Shown: one piece after another, positions 51,110 through 60,504 of the stretch
Numbering within the stretch: position 1 is the first letter of the stretch
How the letters are laid out: each line of letters begins with the position of its first letter
Assembly: GCA_035444565.1 (NCBI GenBank)
Contig: DAOMOX010000004.1
Coordinates: 12,000-75,999, forward strand
DNA length: 64,000 nucleotides
Source of the DNA: Candidatus Dojkabacteria bacterium
Lineage (GTDB): Bacteria; Patescibacteriota; Dojkabacteria; B142; OLB20
Direction: 5' to 3'
Program-made: the position numbers and the translations under genes
Notes under the pieces: model-generated
Told to the model about the DNA's origin: nothing
Databases searched by the model: none
What the model saw: only the letters and a program-made list of their open reading frames with translations

Positions 51110-52019
51110 CAACGGCTACATCCAAGTTAGCGATAAGCACAAACTCTACTACCACCAATACGGAAATCCCGAAGGTGAAGTCGTGCTTCAAATTCATGGT
51201 GGACCAGGGTCAAACTCAAAACCAAAACATGTCAATCCGTATGATTTGAAACGTTTTAGAGTAGTGCTTTTTGATCAAAGAGGTTGTGGTAAGTCAGAAC
51301 CTGCTGGTTTACTTGAAGAAAATACTACGACAGATACAGCTGAGGATATTGAGAAACTTAGAGAGTACCTAAAGATTGAAAAATGGTACATTCATGGACC
51401 GAGTTGGGGGTCAACCATAGCGTTGCTGTATGCTCAAAAACATCCTGAAACTGTAAAGAAATTATTATTAAGAGGGGTTTTCTTGGCATCAAAAGCAGAA
51501 AATGATTGGCTCTTTAAGTACGGTGCCAATCAACTATTTCCTGATAAATTTGAAGATTTGATGAATATTATCCCAAGTGATAAAAGAGAAGATTATTTAG
51601 AATATTTATATGAAATCGCAAAAGTTAATAATAAAGAACTAAAAGAAAAGTTATTTACAAACTTTGGGAAGTGGGAGGGTTCAATTCTTAGTTTGTTCCC
51701 CGAAGAAGATGAAGCAAGTGAAGTTGATATCGAGAAAGAAATTGTATCATCATCAATAATGCTTCATTATTCAGTTAACCATTATTTCCTCGAAGACGAA
51801 GAAATATTAAAGGATGAAAATATCCAAAAGTTAAAAGATATTCCCATGGTGATAGTAAATGGCAGGTACGACATTGTCACACCGATTATTTCTGCTTGGA
51901 AGTTGCATAAGGCACTCCCCCACTCGTTTTTAGATATTGTCCACCTAGCTGGTCATCATGGAAGTACAGACATTGAGATGGTGAAGGCGATACAGAAGTG
52001 GATTGATTTCGACTTCTGA
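51081..52019 (+). CDS. pip: Proline iminopeptidase (S33 family)
   Basis: HGGPGSNSKPKHVNPYD…LFDQRGCGKSEP…GPSWGSTIALLYA are canonical prolyl aminopeptidase motifs. Confidence 0.85.
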   Translation: MKEEELTPYNNGYIQVSDKHKLYYHQYGNPEGEVVLQIHGGPGSNSKPKHVNPYDLKRFRVVLFDQRGCGKSEPAGLLEENTTTDTAEDIEKLREYLKIEKWYIHGPSWGSTIALLYAQKHPETVKKLLLRGVFLASKAENDWLFKYGANQLFPDKFEDLMNIIPSDKREDYLEYLYEIAKVNNKELKEKLFTNFGKWEGSILSLFPEEDEASEVDIEKEIVSSSIMLHYSVNHYFLEDEEILKDENIQKLKDIPMVIVNGRYDIVTPIISAWKLHKALPHSFLDIVHLAGHHGSTDIEMVKAIQKWIDFDF

Positions 52020-52054
52020 GTTTATCCTGTGGCTTGTGCCACCCGGAGGTCATC

Positions 52055-52304
52055 CCGTGGTTTAACCACGGGATCCTGAGCTTTCCTGATTAGTACGTTT
52101 GAGAGGATATACGGGACTCCGTGGTCCCTCCCTTTCGGCAGGGCAGGCAAGCAAGGAGAGACAGCGCGAGGTTCGTTCTCCTTAGTCTTCCCGTGGCTTG
52201 ACCACGGGAACCCGAGCTTTCCTGACTAGCACGTGTGAAAGAATATACGGGACTCCGCGGTCCCTCCCTTTCGGCAGGGCAGGCAAGCACGGAGAGACGG
52301 CAGG
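52055..52304. repeat. Two tandem ~135-bp GC-rich (~60%) highly structured repeat units (A 52055-52189, B 52190-52304) plus a partial hairpin copy at 52025-52045
   Basis: Direct alignment of the two units gives roughly 85-90% identity, with substitutions concentrated in hairpin loops (CCCGTGG-TTTAA-CCACGGG versus CCCGTGG-CTTGA-CCACGGG; GGGAC-TCCGTG-GTCCC versus GGGAC-TCCGCG-GTCCC). The region lies between convergent 3' ends. Confidence 0.7.
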
Positions 52305-52312
52305 TATGGATA

Positions 52313-54070
52313 TTAACTAATTGCACCACTAGACTGAAGCTCCCATAAGTACTTGTAAATTCCATTTTCGCGGTGAATCAAATCTCTGTGATTACCTTCT
52401 TCAACGATTTGGCCTTTATCGAAAACGAGGATTCTATCAACTTTTTCAATTGTTGAGAGTCTGTGTGCAATTACTATAGTTGTTTTATCTGCTGAAAGTT
52501 CCCAGAATGCTTGTTGGATTTCACGCTCGGAAATAGAATCTAGGTTACTCGTTGCTTCATCGAGGATGATTATAGGTGCCTCTTTAATGAATGCCCGAGC
52601 TATTGCTAATCGCTGTTTTTGACCACCTGAGAGTTTGACTCCTCTTTCTCCAATTTCAGTTTCGTATTTTCTAGGGAGCTGAGTAATGAAACTGGTCAAG
52701 TAGGCCTTTCTCGAGGCTTGATCTAATTGATCTGCTGAGTATTTCCCGGCATTTCCATAACCGATGTTATAACCAATAGTGTTATTGAATAATGAAGCCT
52801 CCTGAGGTACCATAGCGATTAATTTCCGTAGTGATTGTTTAGGGATATCTTTGATGTTTACACCATTTATAAAAATATCTCCTGTAGTCGGGTCAAAAAA
52901 TCGCATCAACAATTTCACAATTGTAGTCTTTCCTACACCAGAATGTCCTACAAGTGCGACAGATTCACCTTCACGGATTGTGAGGTTTAAGTTGTTAAAA
53001 ATTGGTCTTTTTTCATCATATCCGAAAGTTAGATTTCGAAATTCAATCTCCAACTTGCCATCTTTATCATCCAGTAACTTTTGGTTTTCGGACGATATTC
53101 GTTTAAATTTATCAACAACAGTAATTTCTTCATCCAATATACTCATATAAGACTTTAGATCTTCATAATTTTTTGCAAGTTCACGGAATTGGAATACAAG
53201 ATATTTTATTTTTGGGTAAAACGTATTGGCGAAAGATATTGCAAGAATAAAGTCTCCTGCGTTTATTACACCATTTACTAAATCCACTATCGCTACAATT
53301 ATCGTTATTAGAAAAGCAAAATTGCTAATTCCACCATTACTCAAATCAATTACTCTGAATGTCTTAGCGTAGTTAATACAATCGTGATACCACTTATCAA
53401 CAACTTTGGAAAATCGTTTTTGCTCGTATTTCTCATTGGCAAAGTATTTAACTGAGTCAAATGCAATCATATTGTCAACAATTTGGGAATTAACATCGTC
53501 CTCAGTCCTATTTAAAACCTTTCTTTTGTTTACATTGTTCTTTACCGTGAAGTACATGACTGTTGCATTTACAAAGAATGCGATTACTGTGATGATTATT
53601 AGTTTAGGATAGATTGTTGAGTAGATTGCCACTATAATTACGAAGTCGAATACTACACGAGACATCCAAATATTAAGCTCATCATAAAAAGAAAAAAACG
53701 CCCCTTCTCCTCTTTTGAAAATGCTAATTAATTTACCTGAAGATTTATTTGCATGATAGCTGAAATCTAAATCATGTAAGTGTCTGAGTACGTCTTTCTT
53801 TAGCTTCGCTGCTGCTCCAAAAAGTGCAAAATCAGAGATGTACATCGTGAATGTGTCACCAAGATATGTGACCAAAACAATCGATGATATGAGTAAAATT
53901 GATCTGTATAAAAATTCGGTTTCTCCCTCAAGAGCAAAATTAACAACATCACGGAATAAAAGTGGCAGTATGTTACTTAAAATTGCCATGAAAATATTCA
54001 AAATCGTGGCAGTGACAAAGAAATACTTAAATTTCCAAACGTATCTGTAAAATTTACCTAAGATTTTCAT
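52313..54070 (-). CDS. ABC exporter, fused TMD-NBD (MsbA/type I exporter-like)
   Basis: Six-TM N-domain. Walker A GHSGVGKTT, signature LSGGQKQRLAIARAF, Walker B IIILDEATSNLD. Confidence 0.9.
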   Translation of the reverse strand: MKILGKFYRYVWKFKYFFVTATILNIFMAILSNILPLLFRDVVNFALEGETEFLYRSILLISSIVLVTYLGDTFTMYISDFALFGAAAKLKKDVLRHLHDLDFSYHANKSSGKLISIFKRGEGAFFSFYDELNIWMSRVVFDFVIIVAIYSTIYPKLIIITVIAFFVNATVMYFTVKNNVNKRKVLNRTEDDVNSQIVDNMIAFDSVKYFANEKYEQKRFSKVVDKWYHDCINYAKTFRVIDLSNGGISNFAFLITIIVAIVDLVNGVINAGDFILAISFANTFYPKIKYLVFQFRELAKNYEDLKSYMSILDEEITVVDKFKRISSENQKLLDDKDGKLEIEFRNLTFGYDEKRPIFNNLNLTIREGESVALVGHSGVGKTTIVKLLMRFFDPTTGDIFINGVNIKDIPKQSLRKLIAMVPQEASLFNNTIGYNIGYGNAGKYSADQLDQASRKAYLTSFITQLPRKYETEIGERGVKLSGGQKQRLAIARAFIKEAPIIILDEATSNLDSISEREIQQAFWELSADKTTIVIAHRLSTIEKVDRILVFDKGQIVEEGNHRDLIHRENGIYKYLWELQSSGAIS

Positions 54071-54072
54071 AG

Positions 54073-54648
54073 TTATATACTAATTGAGTCTTCAAATGTG
54101 CCATTCGAAGTATCGGATACATTTTTGTCTGTTGTCTTTTTATTATCTTGCTCTTTTTTCTCTGTAGCTGGCTTTTTTCTAGCAATTAGAATTAGTATCA
54201 AATTGGCGAATAAGGATATGAATATAGAAGAGTTTAAAAGAACTAATATAGACGTTGCTAATGATTTTTCAATATCTTTGGAAAATAGAAAATCTACCTC
54301 AAAAATAAACAATCCTGTTAAATAATAAAATGTAATTACATAGTATGCTACTAAACAGAAAATAATCGATGCAGTCGAAATGATAGGAACTAGAATATAA
54401 TTGAATCTTCTATTAAATAATCTAGAATACTTGAATATATACCCAACAATGAGCCAGGTGAATATGTTACTTATAATAAAAAAAGAAATTGAAACGTATA
54501 GATTATCAAATCCTCCTCGTATCATTAGAAGAGGTTCTTCTTCAATAAAAACACCCAAGAGATTATAAGCGACCACGAGAATGGTTAATAATACTCCAGG
54601 TAGAAAGACTTTAGTCAAAGTAAATAATGATTTCAAAAAGTTTCGCAT
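54073..54648 (-). CDS. Hypothetical membrane protein with charged C-terminal tail
   Basis: Four to five TM segments. No motif. Confidence 0.4.
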   Translation of the reverse strand: MRNFLKSLFTLTKVFLPGVLLTILVVAYNLLGVFIEEEPLLMIRGGFDNLYVSISFFIISNIFTWLIVGYIFKYSRLFNRRFNYILVPIISTASIIFCLVAYYVITFYYLTGLFIFEVDFLFSKDIEKSLATSILVLLNSSIFISLFANLILILIARKKPATEKKEQDNKKTTDKNVSDTSNGTFEDSISI

Positions 54649-56606
54649 TCGCCTTTTACTTTAATTTGATTTGTTTGGATAAATTTGTTGATTTCACTAA
54701 TAATAAGTGGATCAATTTCTTTTTTGTCTGGTGTGTAATTTATTAAGATCGGTTCTGTCGTCAAACCATTACATTCACCGTATTCTAGTACTAATTTTTT
54801 AAGTATAGAAATTTCATTCCAATTTGTATCATTACATTCAAAAATTTTATGTGATTCCTCGATTGTTCTAACTTCTTGAGACCAAAGATTGTTTGGATAT
54901 AGAGTTATTGTAAAAGCATTCATCTCAATAGATGAAAATTGATTTCTATTTTCAATAAAACTCTGGTTAAGACTTCTCGAATAATGATTAATATCTATAT
55001 TATTAATTGGTTGACCTTTCGAATAGACTACATTTGCGGTTTCAATGTATTTATCTAACGAAGTAACAGGATCAGTTGATATAGAAAAATTGCTAATACC
55101 ATTGGTTATGATACTATCAATTTGCTTCTTTTCGGTTATAATATCTAGATTGTCAGTTTGTTTACAATTTGTGTATTTCGATTCAAATTTCGAGTAATCG
55201 TCAATAATTCTCAATAATTCCGCAACATCTAAATTAATAGCGGTATTTGGGTTTTCGATTACTAAATAATCTTTTTCAGAAATTTCTTCTGAATAAATTC
55301 TTTTCATTTCTACCTTGATTTCTTCGTTAAGTTTGTCGGTATTTGATTTCAAAGTGTTAATCTTCTCAGTAGCGTATTCTTTACACTGATCTAAGGCTGA
55401 GGTCATAGATGTAATATTTTTCCTAAGTACAGTGTCTGTTTCTTTGAGCTGGCTAACATATTCATTATATTTATTGATTTTCGGTTTAATCTCATTTTGT
55501 TCGTCATTTAATTTGGATATTTGGTCATTATTACTTCGAATATTTTGGGCTAATAGGTCAATCATCACCGATTTTGAAATTTCAGAAGCATTTATTTTTA
55601 CAATAGAATCTTTTTTATCAATTATGTTTAAAGATTTATCTTGTATTAACCGAACTTCGGCATCACTGTTGTTTAGTAATTTGAGGAATTGGAAAAATTC
55701 GTCTTGATCTTCAAATGCATACCATGTGTTTTTATCATCCAGACTTAAAGAAATCATTTTATCGTCCTTAACAGTCTGCATCTGTGCTCCATAGAAATTA
55801 TAAGTCTGTAAAGTTGTTAATGCTTGGTAATCTTCGTTTAAATCTCTTTGTAGTATCGCAATTTCTTGTTGCTCAGTAGTTTTTTTAGATTTTAAAAATT
55901 GTAAATCTTGCATAATTTTTTTCGTTTCTTCCCCTAGGTCAATATTCTCTTTGCTTAGTTTAGTTATAATCTCATCAGATTCTGTAAGTTTTAAGGAGGA
56001 TGTATTATAAATAGAGGTAAGACTATCCGTATATGTTCTTACTTTGTCATAACTTTCGTTTATGTATTTAGTTGAGGAAGTAATGGTTTGTAAGGAAGGA
56101 GATTCACATTGGATAGATCCATTCAGAACTCCATCGATTATATTCAAATTAATCTTATCATCCAAGATATTATTAATTGCATCAATATTCATGTAATATT
56201 CTCTTTCTTTGGCACAGTTATTAATGTATCTATTCAATTCTGTTTCAAAGTCCTCTGTTATTTCTGCTAAATCTTCAAGTTTTTTCAATTTAGATGTTAT
56301 CTCAGTTGTATCATCTAGGAATCTCTGTCCATCCTTGGAATTACTAAATGATTGACAAGCTAAATTAGCTGATTCTACTAATGTTACAAAGGTCGTAAAT
56401 TCATCCTTATTTACCTGATCTTTTTCGTCGAGAGTAGATATCTTAGAAGTTTCAATATTGTTGTATTGGATTTTAAGCTCACTTAAAAGTGGTAAGTAAT
56501 TATTCCCTTCAAATTCAGTTATTGACAGGGAGTTAACCTTCGTTTGAAGTGAGGAGATACCAAAAAATATCATGATTATGAAAGTTAATACTCTTGCTAA
56601 TTTCAT
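54633..56606 (-). CDS. Secreted 657-aa coiled-coil-rich, Asn-rich protein with eight spaced cysteines
   Basis: Signal peptide MKLARVLTFIIMIFFGISSLQT. Long heptad-like stretches. Cysteines in LACQ, NNCAKE, IQCESP, DQCKEY, TNCKQT, FECNDT, GECNGL, GECETF. Confidence 0.5.
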   Translation of the reverse strand: MKLARVLTFIIMIFFGISSLQTKVNSLSITEFEGNNYLPLLSELKIQYNNIETSKISTLDEKDQVNKDEFTTFVTLVESANLACQSFSNSKDGQRFLDDTTEITSKLKKLEDLAEITEDFETELNRYINNCAKEREYYMNIDAINNILDDKINLNIIDGVLNGSIQCESPSLQTITSSTKYINESYDKVRTYTDSLTSIYNTSSLKLTESDEIITKLSKENIDLGEETKKIMQDLQFLKSKKTTEQQEIAILQRDLNEDYQALTTLQTYNFYGAQMQTVKDDKMISLSLDDKNTWYAFEDQDEFFQFLKLLNNSDAEVRLIQDKSLNIIDKKDSIVKINASEISKSVMIDLLAQNIRSNNDQISKLNDEQNEIKPKINKYNEYVSQLKETDTVLRKNITSMTSALDQCKEYATEKINTLKSNTDKLNEEIKVEMKRIYSEEISEKDYLVIENPNTAINLDVAELLRIIDDYSKFESKYTNCKQTDNLDIITEKKQIDSIITNGISNFSISTDPVTSLDKYIETANVVYSKGQPINNIDINHYSRSLNQSFIENRNQFSSIEMNAFTITLYPNNLWSQEVRTIEESHKIFECNDTNWNEISILKKLVLEYGECNGLTTEPILINYTPDKKEIDPLIISEINKFIQTNQIKVKGECETF

Positions 56607-56684
56607 CTCTACAATATGGCAGTGATTAATTAATAGTATAGTTACAACACTAATCTATGTAAAGTTGGAATACATGTTGGAGTA

Positions 56685-57314
56685 TTAATTAACTTGTGTC
56701 TGTAATTCGGCAAGTGTAGGACTCCCAAACCATCGTCTGATTTCGTTGCCATTACTATCAACTTGGATGAGCGTGTGTTGATAAGTAACCCCATATTTTG
56801 TTTTCAATGTAGTAGAAGTATCATAATCTACTCTAAGAATTGCTAAATTTGAGGGAATACTTGATATATTGTTACGAATATCGAGTTCCAGCGCTTTACA
56901 AGTCGGGCACCAACTAGCAGCAAAAAATAACACAGCTTTGTTACCTGTGGTTGATTGTAATTTCTCCAATGAATAATTAGTGTAATTTCCAAGAGCCTCA
57001 TCTGAGTTCAGATCAGAACCTTCTGTTGGGTCTATTGGCATTCCTGATTGGTCACTTACCACCGTCTCGGTTGGTATAACTTCTAGTTCTTCTTCTATGT
57101 TGTCGTCTGAATCAGAAAATAGAAATTTATAACCTAATAGCCCTATTATGGCAATCACTACAATGACAGCCAGAATTATTACAGGTTTGGAAACTGCTGG
57201 GGGTTTCTTGGTTGGTGTTTTATCATTTGGATTTGGTGTAGATGGTACTGGAGTTTGTAGAGTTTCGCTGGTATTTGAAACCAAAGTATTGTCAGCGTTT
57301 TGAAAATCGTCCAT
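56685..57314 (-). CDS. Membrane-anchored thioredoxin-fold protein (TlpA/ResA-like thiol:disulfide oxidoreductase)
   Basis: Pro/Thr-rich N-region, TM, then AVLFFAASWCPTCKALE with the WCPTC active site. Confidence 0.7.
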   Translation of the reverse strand: MDDFQNADNTLVSNTSETLQTPVPSTPNPNDKTPTKKPPAVSKPVIILAVIVVIAIIGLLGYKFLFSDSDDNIEEELEVIPTETVVSDQSGMPIDPTEGSDLNSDEALGNYTNYSLEKLQSTTGNKAVLFFAASWCPTCKALELDIRNNISSIPSNLAILRVDYDTSTTLKTKYGVTYQHTLIQVDSNGNEIRRWFGSPTLAELQTQVN

Positions 57315-57375
57315 AATAGGATTTAATTATAACTACATATAGTATTCACTATTTTATATCTTTAACACAAGTAAT

Positions 57376-57828
57376 ATGAGCAAAATTCTTGTATCTTTCG
57401 CTACAATGTCTGGAAATACCGAAAGAGTTGCACAGTATATTAACTCAGAACTTCCAAAGATCTCCCCAGAAACTCAAGTCTCGCTTGTAAATATGATGGA
57501 ATTAACCGAAGAACTTTTTAATGAGCACGATTTGAATATTTTGGGTTCATCTACATGGACGGATGGAGAATTTAACCCTATCTCGGAGGAGTTCTTTAAT
57601 AGATTTAGTGCTTCTACTATTGACTTGAATGGCATCAAGTTTGCTATTTTTGGACTTGGAGAATCTTATTATCCAGAATTTTGCACTGTGGTTGAGAAAA
57701 TGGAAAATGTTATAAAATCAAAAAATGGATTAATTGTTACAGAAAGTTTAAAACTTGATGGATATGTCGATGATAATATGCTGCACAGCGTGGGAGAGTG
57801 GTTGAATCAGTTTGTAAATACTATTTAG
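57376..57828 (+). CDS. Flavodoxin (short-chain)
   Basis: [22 protein letters not shown] is the flavodoxin FMN-phosphate loop (S/T-x-T-G-x-T). Confidence 0.8.
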   Translation: MSKILVSFATMSGNTERVAQYINSELPKISPETQVSLVNMMELTEELFNEHDLNILGSSTWTDGEFNPISEEFFNRFSASTIDLNGIKFAIFGLGESYYPEFCTVVEKMENVIKSKNGLIVTESLKLDGYVDDNMLHSVGEWLNQFVNTI

Positions 57829-58204
57829 ACTTAAAACTTAAGCTAGCAGAATTAATACAATATCTTTTCCCTGTAGGATTTGGGCCGTCATCAAAAAGAT
57901 GACCTAAATGTGCACCACAATTCTTGCATTGAACCTCAAGCCTATCCATTCCGTGTGAATTATCTACTTGGATATTAATATTTTCATTACTTAATACATC
58001 GTAGAAACTCGGCCATCCTGAGCCTGAGTCGAACTTTGTGTCGGAGGAAAATAGTTCGCTATCACAAACCAAACAATTATAAATTCCGTGCTTATCATTA
58101 TGTAGATATTTCCCAGTAAAAGGCATTTCGGTACCTTTTTCTACGACAATTTTGTACTCTTCCTCACTAAGTAGCTTTTTAAGTTCTTCTTTCGATTTAT
58201 TCAT
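57821..58204 (-). CDS. msrB: Peptide-methionine (R)-S-oxide reductase
   Basis: CLVCDSELF…GWPSFYD…[16 protein letters not shown] shows two CxxC zinc motifs plus the catalytic region. Confidence 0.9.
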   Translation of the reverse strand: MNKSKEELKKLLSEEEYKIVVEKGTEMPFTGKYLHNDKHGIYNCLVCDSELFSSDTKFDSGSGWPSFYDVLSNENINIQVDNSHGMDRLEVQCKNCGAHLGHLFDDGPNPTGKRYCINSASLSFKSK

Positions 58205-58721
58205 TGTAAATATAATAAGTTATAGATGTTTCTCCATCCGAAGTTATGTCATTACTAGATACTAATATTTGAATATTTTTTCCAGGTCTATTTGCAGTTA
58301 TCTGCGTCCTAGAAGTATCTTCATTACTCACATCGACGGAGGTTATATTCTCCCAACCTAATATGGGTAAATCTTTCTCTAAAGCAAATGTTAAGTAAGT
58401 ATATGCCTCTTTGATGTTCAATCTTAGGACATTGCCTTCATAGTCATCCAGATTACATTCACCTTCAATTGATATTAGTTCTTCGTATGTAGGGAGTTCT
58501 GATTCGATACTGGCTAATGTTGTTTCAATTTGCTCAACATTGCATAACAATTCTTCTTCGACTATTGTCGGAATCGCAACTGTTGGTTCAACTTGCTGTG
58601 TTCCTTCAATTTTGAATTTTTTATTGCTTATGAAGAACATCACTAAGGTGGCTAGTATTAAAAATAAAAGCACAGGAAAAATCTGTTCTATTCTTCTAGA
58701 AATGTTTTGGTTTGACGACAT
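58197..58721 (-). CDS. Hypothetical signal-anchored protein
   Basis: N-terminal TM, acidic extracytoplasmic region. No motif. Confidence 0.4.
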   Translation of the reverse strand: MSSNQNISRRIEQIFPVLLFLILATLVMFFISNKKFKIEGTQQVEPTVAIPTIVEEELLCNVEQIETTLASIESELPTYEELISIEGECNLDDYEGNVLRLNIKEAYTYLTFALEKDLPILGWENITSVDVSNEDTSRTQITANRPGKNIQILVSSNDITSDGETSITYYIYNE

Positions 58722-58731
58722 AGTTGTAAAT

Positions 58732-59298
58732 CTAGTAAATTCTTTCTCTGTATATTATTTCTGTTGTTCCTGTGGGTAGTTGGTCTCCTGAATGTCTAAT
58801 GTCTACAATTAATTCGCGACCCTCTTTCTGCGCATTCAGTAATTTATATCCTGCATACCCATAAGGACCGGTATCTTCGAAACTTGAGACAGCCCATTTC
58901 TCATCGGCTACGTTAGTTCCGAAGAAGCTAACGACATCATCGAATTCATCCGTAGTCGTTAAGCGAACCTCGTAACTATCACTATCGTTTGGAGAGCATT
59001 CCACATATGTCAAAGTTGAGTTTACATAGAATGGTATGTCATCAGGCCAGTTTGCAGGTAACTGGTCACTTGCGACAATTGAACATTCTTCTGATCTTCT
59101 GACAGGTGTTGGCAGTGTTTGTTCTTGTTCTGTAATAGCGGTTTCATTAACTTCCTCAATAACATCACTGGATCTATTTGTGTCTTCTTTGGTACAACCA
59201 ACCAATAAAATAAGCGAAAGAAATGATATTGCGAGGAATTTCATATGACGAGTGATAATAAGTATATATATGATAATTGTATTTCGGCTATTTTTCAA
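58732..59298 (-). CDS. Putative lipoprotein
   Basis: Internal start MKFLAISFLSLILLVGC gives a lipobox (LVGC). Acidic mature region. Confidence 0.5.
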   Translation of the reverse strand: MKNSRNTIIIYILIITRHMKFLAISFLSLILLVGCTKEDTNRSSDVIEEVNETAITEQEQTLPTPVRRSEECSIVASDQLPANWPDDIPFYVNSTLTYVECSPNDSDSYEVRLTTTDEFDDVVSFFGTNVADEKWAVSSFEDTGPYGYAGYKLLNAQKEGRELIVDIRHSGDQLPTGTTEIIYRERIY

Positions 59299-60007
59299 TA
59301 GTGGTGAGTGGTCGGTTCAGATATTGTAGTCTTAGATTTTCTGGAAACCTTTCAATTGCATACCTTAACATGGTTCTAGGCATTGACTTGTAATGCTTGT
59401 CGAGGAATTCTCTTTCGATTGATATATCCCTCTTTCCAATCTCTCTTAACATCCATCCAACGGCCTTATGAATCAAGTCGTGTTCATGTTGAAGTAGATT
59501 TTCTGCAATTTGTATTGTCAAATCATATTTGTTTTTTGCTATGTAATGCGATGTTGCAATGATTGAAATTCTTTGCTCCCACAAATCTCTTGAATGTGAT
59601 AATTTTATGAGTAAGTTCTAATTACGATCTTCAAGATATTCCCCTAAAATCCTTGCGCTAGAGTCTACTAAGTCCCAATTGTTTATATATCTAGTGTTTT
59701 TCAAATAGAAATCAATAATTCCTTTCCTTATTTTATCTTCTTTCGAAAATTTGAATTTATTAACCAAAATTATCAGAGCGGTTAATCGATGCTCATGATA
59801 TTTACTTTCTAATACTTTTTGCAGTTCTTCAAGAGGAATAGAATTGAACCTTTTTGCAATTATTCTTTGTTGAGGGACAGTTAATCCTAGAAATACATCC
59901 CCTTCTCCATATTCTCCTTTTCCGGTTTTAAAAAATCTTTGAGAATGTTTTGCCCTTATAGGGTCTACTTGTATACTCAATTCCGCGATTAAATGTTTAG
60001 CTGTCAT
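59288..60007 (-). pseudogene. DNA alkylation repair (AlkD-like HEAT-repeat glycosylase) gene interrupted by a single in-frame TAG at 59618-59620
   Basis: ORFs 59618-60007 and 59288-59584 are in the same frame. Translation continues …EDRN*NLLIKLSHSRDLWEQRISIIATS…, matching the conserved AlkD core (…LWERRIAIVST…) on both sides of the stop. Confidence 0.65.
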
Positions 60008-60504
60008 ATTATAGATTTAGAAAAATTAGAGACTTTCCCATCTTTATCAAAAATACATTTCATAAAAAACACTTTTTCATCAACAATATCTTGGAATGAG
60101 TAATTTAAATCGTCAACTAATTCTAATTCATGATTTATTATTTGTTCGCTTTTTAACCATAAAAACTCACCATCCTCTGTTTTATTTCCAAGTGGAAGGA
60201 ATTCATCGTTTACTTTAAACTTGAAGATGCAGATAATCCAATCATCATCAGAACCCTTTTCTAGTATATCCATTCCACAGAAATTGAGATCCTTTTCAGT
60301 GATGATTAATCCAGTTTCTTCCTCAGTTTCTCTAATTGCCGCATCTACAAAATTTTCACCCAATTCAAGTTTTCCGCCAATTCCATTTAATTTATCAGGG
60401 TCAACTTTAGTGTTCGAATTCCTTTTTAGGAAAAGATACTTATCGTTGTGATAAATAAAAACTGTAACTGCTTTTATTCCAACTCTTTTGTAGTAATTTT
60501 TCAT
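60004..60504 (-). CDS. NUDIX hydrolase
   Basis: Nudix box GGKLELGENFVDAAIRETEEETGL. Confidence 0.8.
   Translation of the reverse strand: MKNYYKRVGIKAVTVFIYHNDKYLFLKRNSNTKVDPDKLNGIGGKLELGENFVDAAIRETEEETGLIITEKDLNFCGMDILEKGSDDDWIICIFKFKVNDEFLPLGNKTEDGEFLWLKSEQIINHELELVDDLNYSFQDIVDEKVFFMKCIFDKDGKVSNFSKSII

Noticed and set aside
52025-52304. GC-rich tandem repeats considered as a CRISPR array, 5S rRNA or tRNA pair.
   Set aside because: Only two full units, 135 bp each, with no repeat-spacer periodicity, so not CRISPR. No match to 5S universally conserved segments (CCGAAC…GAAGUGAAAC…GGGAACUGCCAGGCAU) on either strand. A GGTTCGTTCTCC stretch between units gives only a 3-bp T-stem, not a cloverleaf.
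59618-59620. In-frame TAG in the AlkD-like gene as programmed readthrough or stop-codon reassignment.
   Set aside because: TAG terminates well-supported genes in this same window (truB at 1414-1416 on the minus strand, the AI-2E transporter at 14628-14630). Pseudogenisation or a base-call error is more parsimonious.
584-60451. Numerous 60-115-aa ORFs on the opposite strand of, or nested within, long well-supported genes. Examples: 584-766, 986-1207, 2832-3092, 3327-3602, 6517-6840, 7870-8133, 9427-9624, 10279-10544, 11366-11608, 14399-14605, 14973-15515, 17239-17562, 18015-18668, 18826-19656, 21493-22263, 23951-24308, 26234-26416, 28385-28591, 28843-29052, 29603-29785, 30587-30802, 31086-33534, 36974-37183, 37897-38232, 39758-46593, 47310-47902, 48431-48806, 49108-49329, 52851-53612, 53838-54050, 54098-54325, 55432-55707, 58540-58779, 59036-59248, 60221-60451.
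   Set aside because: Each lies inside a longer ORF with strong family-level motifs on the other strand or frame. Their compositions are low-complexity or Ser/Leu-rich shadows typical of antisense frames. No independent motif support.
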